64,000 nt of DNA from Lama guanicoe (taxonomy: Eukaryota). The position numbers were made by a program, and so were the translations under genes. Location: positions 1,305,884-1,369,883 of the forward strand of contig MU054001.1 of assembly GCA_013239625.1 (NCBI GenBank), in the 5' to 3' direction. The stretch's first letter is position 1. The number at the start of each line of letters is the position of its first letter. Shown here one piece after another: positions 13,503 to 26,189 of the stretch. Below the pieces are notes generated by a model. It did no database searches. It was not told the origin of the DNA and saw only the letters and a list, made by a program, of their open reading frames with translations.

Positions 13503-14348
13503 ATGGCAAGTCTACACATAAATGATTTCCCCCAACTCTGGAAAGAGACCTAGTGAAAAAAGCTAACAGAAATAAAGAGACTGAACATCAAAGGGTAGTG
13601 AGGACCGGTGATGCAGATGCTTTGGGGGGCTGATAGGCATCATACCTTCAGCATCCTCGTTCCAATGAGTTCTCATGGAAGTGGTACTACTTGAGGTGTT
13701 CAAGAACCACCAGTTAGAGTAGTGGATTCCCAAAGTGCCCCATGGGAGGTCTTACTTCACACAGTCCTTTACCTAAGTGTACATGATGCAAGAGACTTAA
13801 TGATACCACCAAGACGATGTGCCATGGATCAGAATGGTGCAAATCACTGTCAATACTGGTCATCGTAACTGCGTTCCCCAGGGCCCGTCCCAACATAGGC
13901 TGACTGAATTAATAGCAAAAGTAGATTGAAAAACGGATTTCGGGTAAAGCTGATAAATGCCTGACCAGACCTAAAACTGGAATGTCTCTGATAATAATGA
14001 AACACAAGCCAGGGCATCTGGCCAGCAAAAGCCGTCTTCCCAGCCTTGAACAGAAGTTGGAATCTACCTTGGAAGAATGCACAATAGCACTCCCATGAAT
14101 TAGCTCAAAGAATTTAATACCTGTTGCAATTTTCTCCAATTTACTATATGAAATAATAACACAGACGGCAATTACCATAAAGAAAAACTTCAGGTGCAAC
14201 AGCATTAGTTCAACAGCTGGGATCAAGTGTCAGGCCAGGATAACAAATTTCATTCATTTTTATCTCCAGCTCAGGAGACATGCTGCTACTAGCTTTAATA
14301 GTCAGGAATGTCTGTTGGCTAAATGACTCTGCAGAGTGAGGCAAGGGA

Positions 14349-14421
14349 GGGCGGCCTGCAACAGTTTAATTGGGCTGCTCGCTAGAACTCTATCTGGGGG
14401 CCATAAGCAGTAGCCTATAAA
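14349..14421 (+). promoter_or_regulatory. Candidate core promoter (GC box, inverted CCAAT, TATAAA)
   Basis: GGGCGG 14349-14354, ATTGG 14369-14373, TATAAA 14416-14421, followed by CpG-containing sequence and a CAG|GTGAGC donor at 14531/14532. Confidence 0.3.
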
Positions 14422-14488
14422 CAAGCACAATTCGGCGCCCAATGCTGAGCCGAGCAGCCTGAAGGAGGAGAGGAAAGGAGGACTGCCG

Positions 14489-15150
14489 ATGGAAGGATCG
14501 CTCACCAACGCCGGCGTCAGGTTGACTACAGGTGAGCTGGGGCAGTGTAGCTGCTGCAGCAGGAGAAAGGCGCGGTGAAGAGAGCAAGCGATCATTGATC
14601 TTGTATTGATTTCTGGACACCGTGTCCTAGATCCCTTTTGAGATAGAATGACACTTGTCGGTTGTATGCCAGCAAGAGACAAAACGGACCAAGCAAACAA
14701 GCCCTACTGTTTTCTGATCATATTTCCTTTAGAAACACACCCCACTGCGTAGATTTTTTTTTTTTTTTTTTTTGGACAGGGAAATCCAAACAAGTTTATC
14801 ACAGAAAAAGGAGGGTTAGGGGCTGGTTAATCAGCCATTTGTCTTGGCGGCTCTGGATCTGGGAGGCAAGGGGTGGAAACCCAAGCACAATTGGGCCCTT
14901 TGGTTTTATCTCAGGTAACTCCTCGTCTCTGGTAATTGAACCCATTCCTCGCGGTCAGAGTTCCTGTCACTCATATTCAATGTCTGTCATTACTGGGAAA
15001 TGCTTCATGTCATATTACACTGACAGAACCACTACGGCCAGGCTAGCAAGATTCCCCCAGCACCAGAGGGAAGACAATGGAGCCTCTTTCAGGCCAGTGA
15101 TGTTTAACATTTTATGTGCTGACACTGGGTCTGTAAGCACAATGAAATGA
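14489..15150 (+). CDS. Hypothetical two-exon 92-aa ORF (14489-14531 joined to 14915-15150); no recognised homology
   Basis: ATG, phase-1 donor, pyrimidine-rich CAG acceptor at 14914, frame stays open to TGA 15148-15150, AATAAA 15219-15224; signal-based only. Confidence 0.12.
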
Positions 15151-15858
15151 AAGTCTAGTCAATGGGAGATAAAAATTCATACTTTCCCCTCCTTCAGGGG
15201 CTGCCAGGCGAGACCAGAAATAAAACAAGTTGGCAGCTCCAGCGATAACCACTGCACCAGCGCCACGGTGGGCGTTATCTAAGGGTGCTTCGTGGAATTA
15301 CTTGCTGACACTTGCAGCCGCGCGCGTGCACACCCACTTCGATGTAGCTGGTGTGCAAAACTCACTGGTCCCTCGGCAGGACATGAGTCATGGTCAAGGG
15401 GTCACTAACCTAGAAATCAAACTCTTCTCGGGACATATTGCGATGCTCTCAAACTACGAAGAGGCACAGACGGGACGGCCCGGCAGCAGCCTGAACAAAG
15501 AACGACTCCATCACTCTGTATGGAAGTCTTGGGATGAGTTCTGAGGAAGAGGATGCCCCTGACAGTTGCTCAGAAGCTCCTGTCCACCTGGAGTAGTACC
15601 ACGGGCTCCCCATTTTCAAAGACTTCAACCTACTCTTCCCGCCTTCCCATGCTGCATTTCTTCCCATGCCGCCGACACAGCAGCCTCCCCGTTATTCATT
15701 CCTCATCACATCTTGCACTTTTAGGCCTCTGGGCCTTTGCACATTTTCATTCCATCCGGGAAGCCTTTCCTCCACTCCCTCCCCCTTCAGGGCCCTGAGT
15801 ATGGGTTACCTGTTCTGTGGATGTGGCTCGAGCCTCTTAGCTGTTTATTGCCTTCTTC

Positions 15859-16157
15859 GTGGTTAAGAACTTGGGCTCTAGAATGACACTGGGGTGGTCT
15901 GAACCCTCATTCTGGCACTTAAGCAAGTTGGTACACTGTGCCTCAGTTTCCTCGGCCATAGAATGGGGTGAACAGTAGTGTCTACCTCATATGGTTGCTG
16001 TGAGGATTAAATGAGGGAGCCCCTATTAACAGTTACAATGCTTATGTGGTTTCAAAACAGTGCCTGGGAAAGAGCAAGCACTCGATAAATGCCTGTTTTA
16101 ATACCAATAATAATTGTAATGATAATAAAAACAACAACAACAATAATAATATTACTG
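15859..16157 (+). mobile_element. MIR SINE with (AAT/AAC)n tail
   Basis: gtggttaagaacttgggctctaga...ctgtgcctcagtttcctc...acctcatatggttgctgtgaggattaaatgag...aacagtgcctgg...agcactcgataaatg. Confidence 0.9.
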
Positions 16158-16254
16158 CTAGCCTCAAAGCACCCTGTTTATATTAGCAATGCAATGGCTC
16201 ATTTCTCTTTGCTTTGTAGTGACTGGTTTCCACTGCTCTCTTCCACTTGGCATA

Positions 16255-16370
16255 GAGCTGCGGGCACCAGCAGCACTGGAAACTGTGTTAGAAATGTAAA
16301 CACTCAAGCCCCGCCCAGAAAGGGCCTGCGGTCTGTTTCACACGCTCACAAGGTGATCCTGATGCTGCTT
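16255..16370 (+). mobile_element. MER5A-like hAT-Charlie fragment
   Basis: accagcagca...gttagaaatgtaaacactcaagccccgcccaga...aggtgatcctgatgc. Confidence 0.7.
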
Positions 16371-16444
16371 CTGGGGACCCTGGCCCCTGGTGACCTGACT
16401 TCCCGCCCTGGCAACCCAGCTCCTCTGCCCCCCAGCCCTGCGTC

Positions 16445-16680
16445 CCCGGGAAAGTTACTTAACTTCCTTTTGCCTTGATGTGCCCTTGTTAAAGTTAGGG
16501 ATGCTAAAAAAAAATACTGACTGCTGTGAATAGTAAAGCACTTAAAAATGTCATGCCTGGTACAGGGAAGCACTCGACAAGAACTAGGTAGTATTATTAT
16601 TTAGGATTAAACGGGTGACTGACACGTTTAAAGCACTTGGATACTGGAGCAGGAGTTCAATCCAAGCTATCACTGGCTGT
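16445..16680 (+). mobile_element. MIR fragments
   Basis: aagttacttaacttccttttgcct...gtaaagcacttaaaa...gcctggtacagggaagcactcgacaa. Confidence 0.6.
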
Positions 16681-17506
16681 AGTGTTTGTGTGATTTTAAG
16701 TCTCCTGTGGGCAGAGCCCTGCCTTATTCATCTCTGAAACCCCTGGGAGCTCAGTCCAGGCTTTGCTACCTGGAACTGCAGTGAATCCAGAGGCCTTGGA
16801 GGCTGGTGGGGTATTTATTTGGGGGTGGTGTTCTGTCGGCCGAAGGTAGAGAAACAAGACGATTCATTTTGGCTTCGGCAGCTCTGCTGAGGCTGCCAGC
16901 CTGTGGGCCAATTATCTTTTGCACAGATCTTTCCTCCCTGGTTTGGAGGCCGCTTTCACTAAAGGTCGCACCCCTAAGCCTAGTAACTTTGGATTTAAAA
17001 ATCATTTTGACTTGATATTTTACAGGGAACATGGCAGGCTTAGTGAGTTTAATCTCTCTCTCTCTTTTAATACACCGGAGGTGGGACACCTTTTAACCTA
17101 TCTGACAAAGCTTGAAAAAAGCTTCTGCTTAGAGACTGCAGCCTGAAGCAGAATGTAAAAGCTGGCCGCAAGCTTGCCATGCTGAAGGGGGCAAACCCAC
17201 AAAGAGGCACGGCCCCTCGGCTCTCCTCTGGCAGCAAACAAACTGTGTTCACCAGTTCAGCTCCTCCTAGTCCCTCTCTGGCGAAAATCAAAACCGGCTG
17301 AGGAAAAGAAACCGAGGCTCTCCTGCCGGTAGCTCACCCTTCTCTGAGTGGCCTGTTTCACTGATCTCCTAAAACAGCCAGGTCTGCACAACACCCAGAG
17401 TGTCAAAGGGCGGGTTTTACAGCAAAGGAGTGAGCTACCCTGCTTGGGGAAAGTTCCCACTTTAGACAAGTGCCAGGACCATAGTGAATGTTAATGTTGG
17501 CTGTTA

Positions 17507-17841
17507 ATTTTTTTTAACATTTAAAAAAATTGAAATATAGTTGATTTAAAATGTTGTATCAGTTTCTGGTATACAGCACGGTGATTCAGATATATATATA
17601 TATACATATAAAATCAGATATATATATATATATAATCTGTATTGAATGATGATTACAATTAAGAAGCAAAGTGGAAGATGTTAGGTTAATAAAGTGACAT
17701 ATAATTTTCCACATTAAAAATACATAGTCGTTTTCATATTCTTTTTCATTACAGGTTAATATAAGCCATTGAATATAGTCCCCTGTGCTACACAGTAGGA
17801 CCTTGTTGTTTATCTATTCTGTACCTAGAGGTTTGTATCTA
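17507..17841 (-). mobile_element. Young L1 3' end with TSD and an internal non-L1 insert
   Basis: aattgaaatatagttgattt...gtatacagcacggtgattcag...atatagtcccctgtgctacacagtaggacctt; TSD aatgttggctgtta at 17493-17506 and 17842-17855. Confidence 0.9.
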
Positions 17842-19433
17842 AATGTTGGCTGTTATTTATTAGAAGAAAACATTTACTGAAGACTCAGAAAGCTAGTCCA
17901 GCAGTGAAAACTATAAATATTACGCTTATGAAGGTCTGCTATTTACCCAGCAGAAGACAAGGTTCCCGCCAACATATAATCGCGAGCTAGAAGCCATCGG
18001 CAGTTAGCAGGAGGCAGTCTCTAAGTGTCTATACAGGCATTGCCAAGCATCTCGACAGCAAAAAAGAATGCAGTGGGCTTTTTTCTTTCAAAAAAATTAC
18101 ATTTAAATCTAATGAATAAATGGACAAATTCCATATCTTGATGACTTTCTCTACAACCATTCCTTGTAACAACAGGTTAGTGGTGGGTGATGCCAGATTT
18201 TTCCCCTACTTCCAGTAGTGGGAACTGAGCAGGCACAGGAACTGAAGACTGTCTTTTGATCTTTTATGGGAGCAACAGCAGGTAAATCCTGGCAAGAGGG
18301 AGAGAAGCTGAAATGATAGCGGTATTAAAAAAAAAAACAAAAAAAACCAAACAGAACCTCTTGTTTCTCTCCAAAGCCATTATTTACCCTTGTCACATTG
18401 GACACAAGAACATGTAAGGCACAACTCCAGCAATGGAGTCACAGACCCTGTTCCCATCACTGCTCTAGAACAGACCTTGGCTAGAGCCTCAGACCCCGAC
18501 TAGATTCCCACACAGCCCAATGTGACCACTTTCTGGAGCCCTACGATGAACTAGGAAGATTTCCGACAAGACGGTTTCAGATCTCGCAGCACCATGCTCT
18601 GAAAGATAAAAATGAACTCTATTCACCAAACCAAGTGGGGGGAAAAGCACGTGGCGAAGAGATTTCTTATGCTGAAATATTACGTTGCCAAATGTTCCTG
18701 TCAAGTCGTGGTTTAATTGCCTCAGCCCCCATGCCTCGTATAATCACCTGTCATTAGCAACAATGCTGGCATCTGCTTCCACGTCTGTCAGAAATGCCAG
18801 CCTAGCTGAAGCCAGGGGAGAAGGGAACTTTTATTGGGCCATGGCCTCAGTTGAAAAAAGATCACCTTAAGGTTGAACTATATACTCCCAGGGCCGTCCC
18901 TCTAAAGACAACCTAAGGCCAGAACCCCTGAAGCAAACATCTACTTAGTCTAGAAACAACTTTTCAAATAGGGTTGTTTAGGGATGCTCAGACCAAAGAG
19001 GAAAATGTTGCTGATTCACGGCTATATTAGGCCTCCTTTTATGGCATTTCTGCTTGCCTCCAGGAAATAACACCAGCGATAATGTGTTCTACACTCCAAT
19101 GTCTTCAGGGTCTTTCCACCCCGGTGCGCTCCTCAACCCTACAAGGTCACACCTGACACCTCCTTCTTCCATTAACTCTCCTTTCCTCCTCCGGGGACTA
19201 GGTCTACTTTTCTTGCCACTTAGTAGCTGCCACTGCCTACTCTGTTTGAGACGATTTTCTCCCAGAGACTGGCTTCATCACTGGCCACCATCTCCCGAGA
19301 GTCCTCTTTCTTCCTCACATCCCTAAAAACAAACACACAGATCCTTTTGTTTTGACATTTTAGCACATCGACAGCGAGAGAGAGAGTGAGCGAGCGAGAG
19401 AATGAATATATCCTAGGGCTGTTCAAAAACCCG

Positions 19434-19660
19434 GCACAGCGTTAGGTAGCGGTTAGTGATTTTCAGGTTCTGATGCTCTTCTAACATGTTAAATTGGTTT
19501 GAGTTGAAGTTCTGTCAATAACCGTCTTGATTTCATTTTCTCTGAATTCAGTTGCATCATCTATAAAACGGAGACGGTGGTACCCTCCCTTTGTATGAGG
19601 ACCGTGAAGAATAAATATGAAAATACCTCTAAAGCATCAACACACAGAGGGGCTCAGTAC
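19434..19660 (+). mobile_element. MIR SINE
   Basis: ttctctgaattcagttgcatcatctataaaacggagac...gtgaagaataaat...taaagcat. Confidence 0.65.
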
Positions 19661-22600
19661 CTCCTGAGCTCCATTTGTCTCCCTCTTTCTTCCCCTACAA
19701 ACCTTCTCTGCCCACAATGACTGCTTATTTCAAAGAGCTCACCATTTTCTCATGGTTGATGCCACTTAATTTAGCATTCATCTCACCCTCAATTAAGTCT
19801 GCTTTCTGACGACGACATTAAGCCTTGCTAAGAGGACCTAGCACTGCACTGGATACAGAGCAGAAACTTTCAAATGCTCTGTAAGTGGAATCTGGCTTCA
19901 TTTTTATTCGGAAACAGCAAACACCATGATGGAAAGAAACCTTTACACCCCAACCCTAAGATCTGAGCCCACCTGCCTCTCTGTCTCCCATCCTTCTCCC
20001 CTCGGTCACGCCTCTCACTCTTACTCCTGCTTGGCTGAGTCTCTTCAGCTCCTTAAACATCAGCATGCGCTTTCCCCTTGGCCAGGTAACAACACTGTGA
20101 GCCTTGCTTTAACCCAGTTGCCTCTGCCTCAGCAGCCCGTGAGCTCCACTGGGAAGGCTGCAGGGAGGCCAAGCCGCACATCCCACCCCAGCTAAATCAG
20201 TCGAGTCTCTTTATTCCATCTTCTAAAATTTTGAGAATTTTAGCCCCTTCTCTGATCCCTTACCAAGGCCCATCCTGGACGCACACCCTCGCTGCAGTTT
20301 TGTACTTTGTTTTTAGGGCAGCCTGCCTCCTTCTGACCTTCTTTCCTCTTTGACTTTAACCTTCATTGATCAGCATGTTCAGTGATAGTTTGTTCTTTCA
20401 TTACCATGAGTTTTCAGGGCTGGGCAAACTGCATCATCTTACCTTAAATGACAAGATAACGTGATTCCGTTCCAGGAAAAGATTCAAAAACCCTATCCAC
20501 ACTCTGAGGTAGGTTCGGGGGAAAAAAAAAAAAACATGCTTCTTTTCAAATAAAAGACCCATCCACACGTTGGCATGTTTCTGCCATGTTTCTACCACAT
20601 CCCTTAAAAGAAGGGATTTCTTTGCCCCACAGAGAAATCAGAGAACTCTGAATTTCTCTGTGTGAGGATTTCAACAACTCTGATTACTAACTCCTTATTC
20701 TTAAGATATGATCATGTAGACCCACATTTTCTCCCTTTCTCCCTTGTCTCTTCACTTCAAAATGGGGAAGAGAGAAAGCTGTGAACCTTCTTCATATATA
20801 TCAACAATCTACGAACCCCCTTGTTTTGACAAGCATGAGCGCCAGCTCCTGGGCCCCGGCACTTTCTACAGGACCTGGGCCTTCATTACGGAGTTTGACG
20901 CTCTGGGTGCCAGGAAAAAATGCAGTTATTTTACAGATGTGCATTGGGGGCAGCTACTAAAGGGTGTTTCACTAGCTCAATATGGTCAAAGAAATCAGCC
21001 ATAGCTGGCACCATCACACACTGTTTCAGGAAAATGCATGGTGGAGAATTGACACTGTACCCATAATTTTGAAAGATTTGCTCATTTAAACCAACCGGCA
21101 GCATTTTCGGCCACATAATGGAGAAATTCACAGGATGCTGGGCCCCCTCGTGGCTTCTGTGGCTATAAAAGCCCCTTCATGCTGGATTTTTTTATATTGG
21201 GTAAATTAATCGTTTACTGTTCCAAGATTCCTATGTGTTTATATTATTGCTTTTCTAACATCAGTTTGCAGTTGTTATGGAAACATATGGTAACATTTGC
21301 TGCGAAATTTTAAATGCATTTTCTACCCCTGTTACACACCTGAAACGAAGCCAAAAACTCTCTTTGCTTTACATTAGAGTGAAATTCAAACTGGTCTGGA
21401 TGACTATAAATGGTTACTGTTTGTCTTGGCTCCTACCTGTATCAGATTTAGACTGAGGAATCTTAGGGAAGAAATTACATGGGATAAAATGGATATTTCT
21501 AAATTACAAGGCCTGCAATTCCAGTGGCTCCAAATATCAGCTTTCTGTTTCATCTCAGCCTGCCAGAAAGAAAATGGTGGGGCTGGACAATAAAAGATCG
21601 ACAGCGTTTACTCTCCGGAGCCAAACGCTTCTTGTTTTGATTATCCTGGAGGCGGAGGCTGCCGATTCCCGATCAGTTAAGTCTTGTTAGCAAATTAATG
21701 GTTGTAGATTACAATGGTGCAGGACATGAGTTTTAGCCCCCGGCTTCAACTTGAAATGACAAAAGTATACATCCTTCCAACCTCATTTTGCTCTGCAATT
21801 TTCCTCTTTGAGCACCTCACGATTCTCAAATAATTGTTCATGATGACTCCGGGCCTTTGGGGAGGTGGGCTTGGAAGCATTTACTGGACAGTTTTCTAAG
21901 TGGCCCAATTACCCATTTCTCCATGCCTGAACGCCTCACCCAAGTCAAGTTTCCTTGTGCATAAATACTACTGAAGAAACAAAAAACAAAAAACAAAAAA
22001 TAAAAATACCCAAAGCATTCTGACACTGAAAACTATCAGATGACAAAGACAGATGAGAACTGGTGCTAGTTTGAGCATTCTTCTGGAACTTTAGATCAAG
22101 AGAAACCAAGAGTCACAGAAGAACTTCAAATGTGTGCATTCCGTCTTGCCCAGGGACCTAAGAGACCCATTTCCTACCTAGATCTTGGTCCTGAGGGCCT
22201 GATCTTCTTCATTTCCATGCATTTGTGAAGAGTCGCCATAAATTTTCACAGGTTACCTCGCTCTGTCTTTTCTTCCTGGGAATCTAACCTTGCTATCTGC
22301 TGAAGAGTTCCACTCTAAGCTTCAGACAAGATGAGACATTGTTCCTCTATATTTGAGGTGAATGGGTGAAAGAATTACAATGCTTTCCTAAGTATGGAAA
22401 TATGAGAAATTGCAGAAGGTTCTTTAGCTCCGGAGGCCCATGTTTGGTAAGAATAAGTGTCACTTATCCCCTAATAGTACATATTCAGAGGGTTCTATGG
22501 CAGTAACTGAAAAAAACAGGGTTATAATGTCCCTGCCCTCCCTTTTCATTCACTCAAATAAAGAATTTCATATTCTAAGGTGTCTGTTCTAGCACCCTGG

Positions 22601-22864
22601 ATGCTATCTGAGCCAAGGGCTCGGAATATCAGCATAGCTTGCCCCAATCAGCAGCACAGGTCAGAGATGTCACAAAACATGGCTGACTACTGCATTATTA
22701 TATTACATATATAATGCATACACATAGTATATGTAAATAATTAGACACATTAAATATTACTTACATATACAATTACGTAAAGTGTTGCATGCGTTCATGT
22801 TTCTCTACCTTTCTTCTTTAGAGAACAGAGGGTAATATTTCATAACACATGAAGATTAGGAAAA

Positions 22865-23175
22865 TGCAATGATTAAAAAGAAGACACCAGAACTTCACCG
22901 CCTGGCCTCAAGTCTTGGTTTGGCCACTTACAACCTGTGTTATCTTGGGTAAATTCCCTAGCCTTTCTGGGTCTCAGTTACCGTCGCTGAGGTATCTCCT
23001 GAGCTTTATGGTAAGTCCATGAAACCGAGATGGAAGCAGCACTTCCTTCACTGGGTTGGCATGAAAAGGAAGGAAGGAAATAAGAGGAAAACACTTAGAA
23101 CAGTACCGGGCAGATGGTAAAGATTCATCAGAAGTGAGCTGCTATTACTAATTATGACGATGATCACCATCACCT
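22865..23175 (+). mobile_element. MIR SINE
   Basis: gccacttacaacctgtgttatcttgggtaaattccctagcctttctgggtctcagtt...aacacttagaacagtaccgggcagatggtaa. Confidence 0.8.
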
Positions 23176-25602
23176 TCTTTGTAGTTAATAGCAGAACTAT
23201 GATTAAGACACACGTTTCTGAATCCCTTCAGTTTGTAAGGCCAGCACTTCCTAAATTTTGATGGTGTGATCCACCAGCAAGATTTTTAGTGATGAGGATT
23301 GTATTTTCAGCATTTTTAAGTCAACTTAAAACAGCAACATTTAAAGAGTGACTTTAGTCCTGTCCTCAACAACATTACTGGGGAACCATGGATCCATGTG
23401 CCAATTATGCCTTTCCAATCTAAAGCAAAACACCTAACTTTGAAAACTAAAAAGTATTCTTTGGCGTATTACAAAATCACCTGGTGTGCCACCAGAGCAC
23501 TTTTGCGTGACACTTCAGGAGCCTCTGAGTGAGGCCTTGGCACATTTCAGAAGGGCCCACCTGTGTAAGAACTGGGAGACATTTGACATTTGGCAGAAAC
23601 CCACCACCACTATCCATGTGGACAATAAATACACAACCTTGTCAAGGGACTGAGCGTGGATGACTGTCAGTAAGCTTCCTTCACACAGCACACATTCAGC
23701 TCTGAATCCGGTCTCAGTGCTAAAGGACTGAAAGGAATCCCCTTTCATTAGCCTAAGTTCCTAGTAATGCGAGCATTGTGCTAGTGGGTAAACGCAGACG
23801 GGAGAGACCCTGGTGGGAAAAAAAAAAAAAAAGACATTGTATCTGGAGGACTCATCCCATCTCTGTAGACTGGATTAAATGTATTTTGACCCCTGCACTA
23901 ACCCATTTTCATGTGATACATTTGGTACAAGAAGAGATTAATTACTTAGGAAAAACAAGCGAACGTCCCTACAGCAAATATATTATCGCTGTATAGGACG
24001 AGACACAGAGGTCTGCACTTGCACCATTAGCTCGGCTATAATAAATGAGATGCTCTATGTGATGTATAATATGGTAAGGAAAACGCAGCTGTTTGCTTCT
24101 GTAGGAAAGTGCATAGGTGCACTGCACCTGAGTCTGCAAAACACTTAATAAGGCCTCAACCACAAAGCTGCATCCCTGCAAACAGCGATGGCTGAAAACC
24201 ATTATCCATGGATAATTAACTGTGTCAGGACACTGAGGTCCTAACATGAGGTCCTCATAATTCCCCACTAAGGGAAAGACAGTAAAACATTATTATAATA
24301 TATTACTAATATTTAATAAGAAGACTGCTCTATTTGTGTGTTATTAATGCAAGCTGTAAGTTACAGCAGCATTTGAATTATTATTAGCTCTTCTGGGCAC
24401 TCTATCTTGAAGGGCAAAGCAGCCCTTTGAGCCGAAGTAAAGAAATACTTCCACTTGGGATTAAAATTTAAAAAATACATTTGCAATTTGTTCTGCTTAT
24501 TTACCCTCTGATCACATAACATATCTATGGTGAATATTTATCACTGGAAAAGCCATTGCTAAAATGACCAGCATTAAGAACGTTCAAAGCTACACAGTTG
24601 TAAACCATGTCTAGTGTATTCCTTTGATCTTTAGAAGAGTCCACCCTTTTGCCTTCTCCAAGTATCCTGGTCATTTTGAGACTCTCCCCTGTAACACCAA
24701 GTCTTTAAATTTCTCTGTAACAAGCCTCTTTGATGCTTGAAGACAAAAGCCTCTCTCCATTTATTAAGATGACTTCCTACTGTGTGGGGCTGTTCTTTAC
24801 CTCATAATTAAAATAGCACCTGAACACAACCATCTGTGAACGTGGATTAAGTTTTTACAAAACGTGAATATCCTTTCATTTTTTTTTCTGACAAATGCCT
24901 CTAAACCTCATACATAATTTGTGTGACATACCCGACACCGAAGGAAAAAAAAAAAAGCTTAAATAAACTTTTACTTGAAAAACAAAAAAAAGAAAGAGGA
25001 AAGGAATTGGATAAACATTTTGCTCTTCACTGCAACCTTCCATGCATCAATAAAATTCATAAATTAATGTACAGCTCTGTAATTTGCTCAAAGAATGAAT
25101 GAGCTGTCAGTCTTTGCTTTCTGTTTCTAGGATTCTGTCAATTTATGGCAACCCAGAGACATAGCTTGCCACTTAATTTCCCTCTTCCTTTTTCAAATAC
25201 ACACATTTTGGAAAAGACATTATTTATACAAAAGGCTGCCAAGATACTGGGTTAAGATGGATTTGGATATACAGACTATTTCACAAGCTAGTCTTATTTA
25301 ACCAAAATAGAGTCTCTTTGGGAGTTTTCTGCACAAACTGCAAATCCATAAATGCAGAGATTATAAACATTGATACAGACATTTCTTCCAGCGGGTTTTC
25401 TGACCCGATGTTAACTTTACATTAGAAATTCATGTTTCTTTAGAAATGTTGGCTTATTTCAGTGAAATGGTTCCTCTGGTACAGTTGGGGGCTGTGATGT
25501 CAACTGGGCTCCATTGTAATAACCCTTATGAAATATTTACGATGAAACTGAACCACGCACGCGTAACAGCTGACTTTTGCGGCAGCCAAGGTTTAAGCTT
25601 AC

Positions 25603-25982
25603 CTTTTTCTTTTTATTAAAGGAAAGACATAGTTTTTATATTTTCCTCTTCTCCAGAAGATCAAACCCACATGTATTTAACAACTTCCCAGACCACACCT
25701 CCATATGACCATCAGCCTCAGAGACAAGATTGAAAGATGATTCTGATCCCATGACATCTTCGGGCCATGAAAGAACAGCTGGGTCCCCCCCTGGCAGAGC
25801 TGGAAATATGGCATAAACTCGAGGGTGTAATAGGAGAAATGGTGATCTCCAGCAATGGAGTCCCCGTCCTTCCTTCCTGAGAACCAAAACCTTCATCGGA
25901 TTCAAAACTGCCAACATTTTTGCAGACGCCCTTTTTATGGCGACAATGAGTGCCATATACACTTCATTGACTTTTGAAAACT
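25603..25982 (-). other. Candidate 380-nt exon (alternative terminal or stop-containing exon of an unidentified host gene)
   Basis: Minus strand: tctttcatctttccttttacag|AG acceptor, 114 open codons to TAA at 25636-25638, AATAAA at 25612-25617, AAG|gtaagc donor; no repeat recognised. Confidence 0.35.
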
Positions 25983-26189
25983 CTGTAAAAGGAAAGATGA
26001 AAGACTACCAAGTTAAAGGCAAAAATATACATATACACACACAAATATTTCCTCCAAGCGAGAACCAACATAGAACAGAGTAATACTACAAGGTCATGGA
26101 AGGCAGCACCCAGACTGCATCCTCGTCTCCAGGCCAGAGTCAGTGCCGCTGTTCCCAGGAAGTGTGAGAAGGCTGAGAAGAGTTTTCAC

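Noticed and set aside
13325..13519. 64-aa ORF, and a possible tRNA gene within it
   Set aside because: It is the SINE plus its TSD; the A-tail and TSD show retroposition and no intact acceptor stem is evident
16871..16884. gcttcggcagc resembling the U6 snRNA 5' end
   Set aside because: Only about 11 nt match and the flanks do not continue
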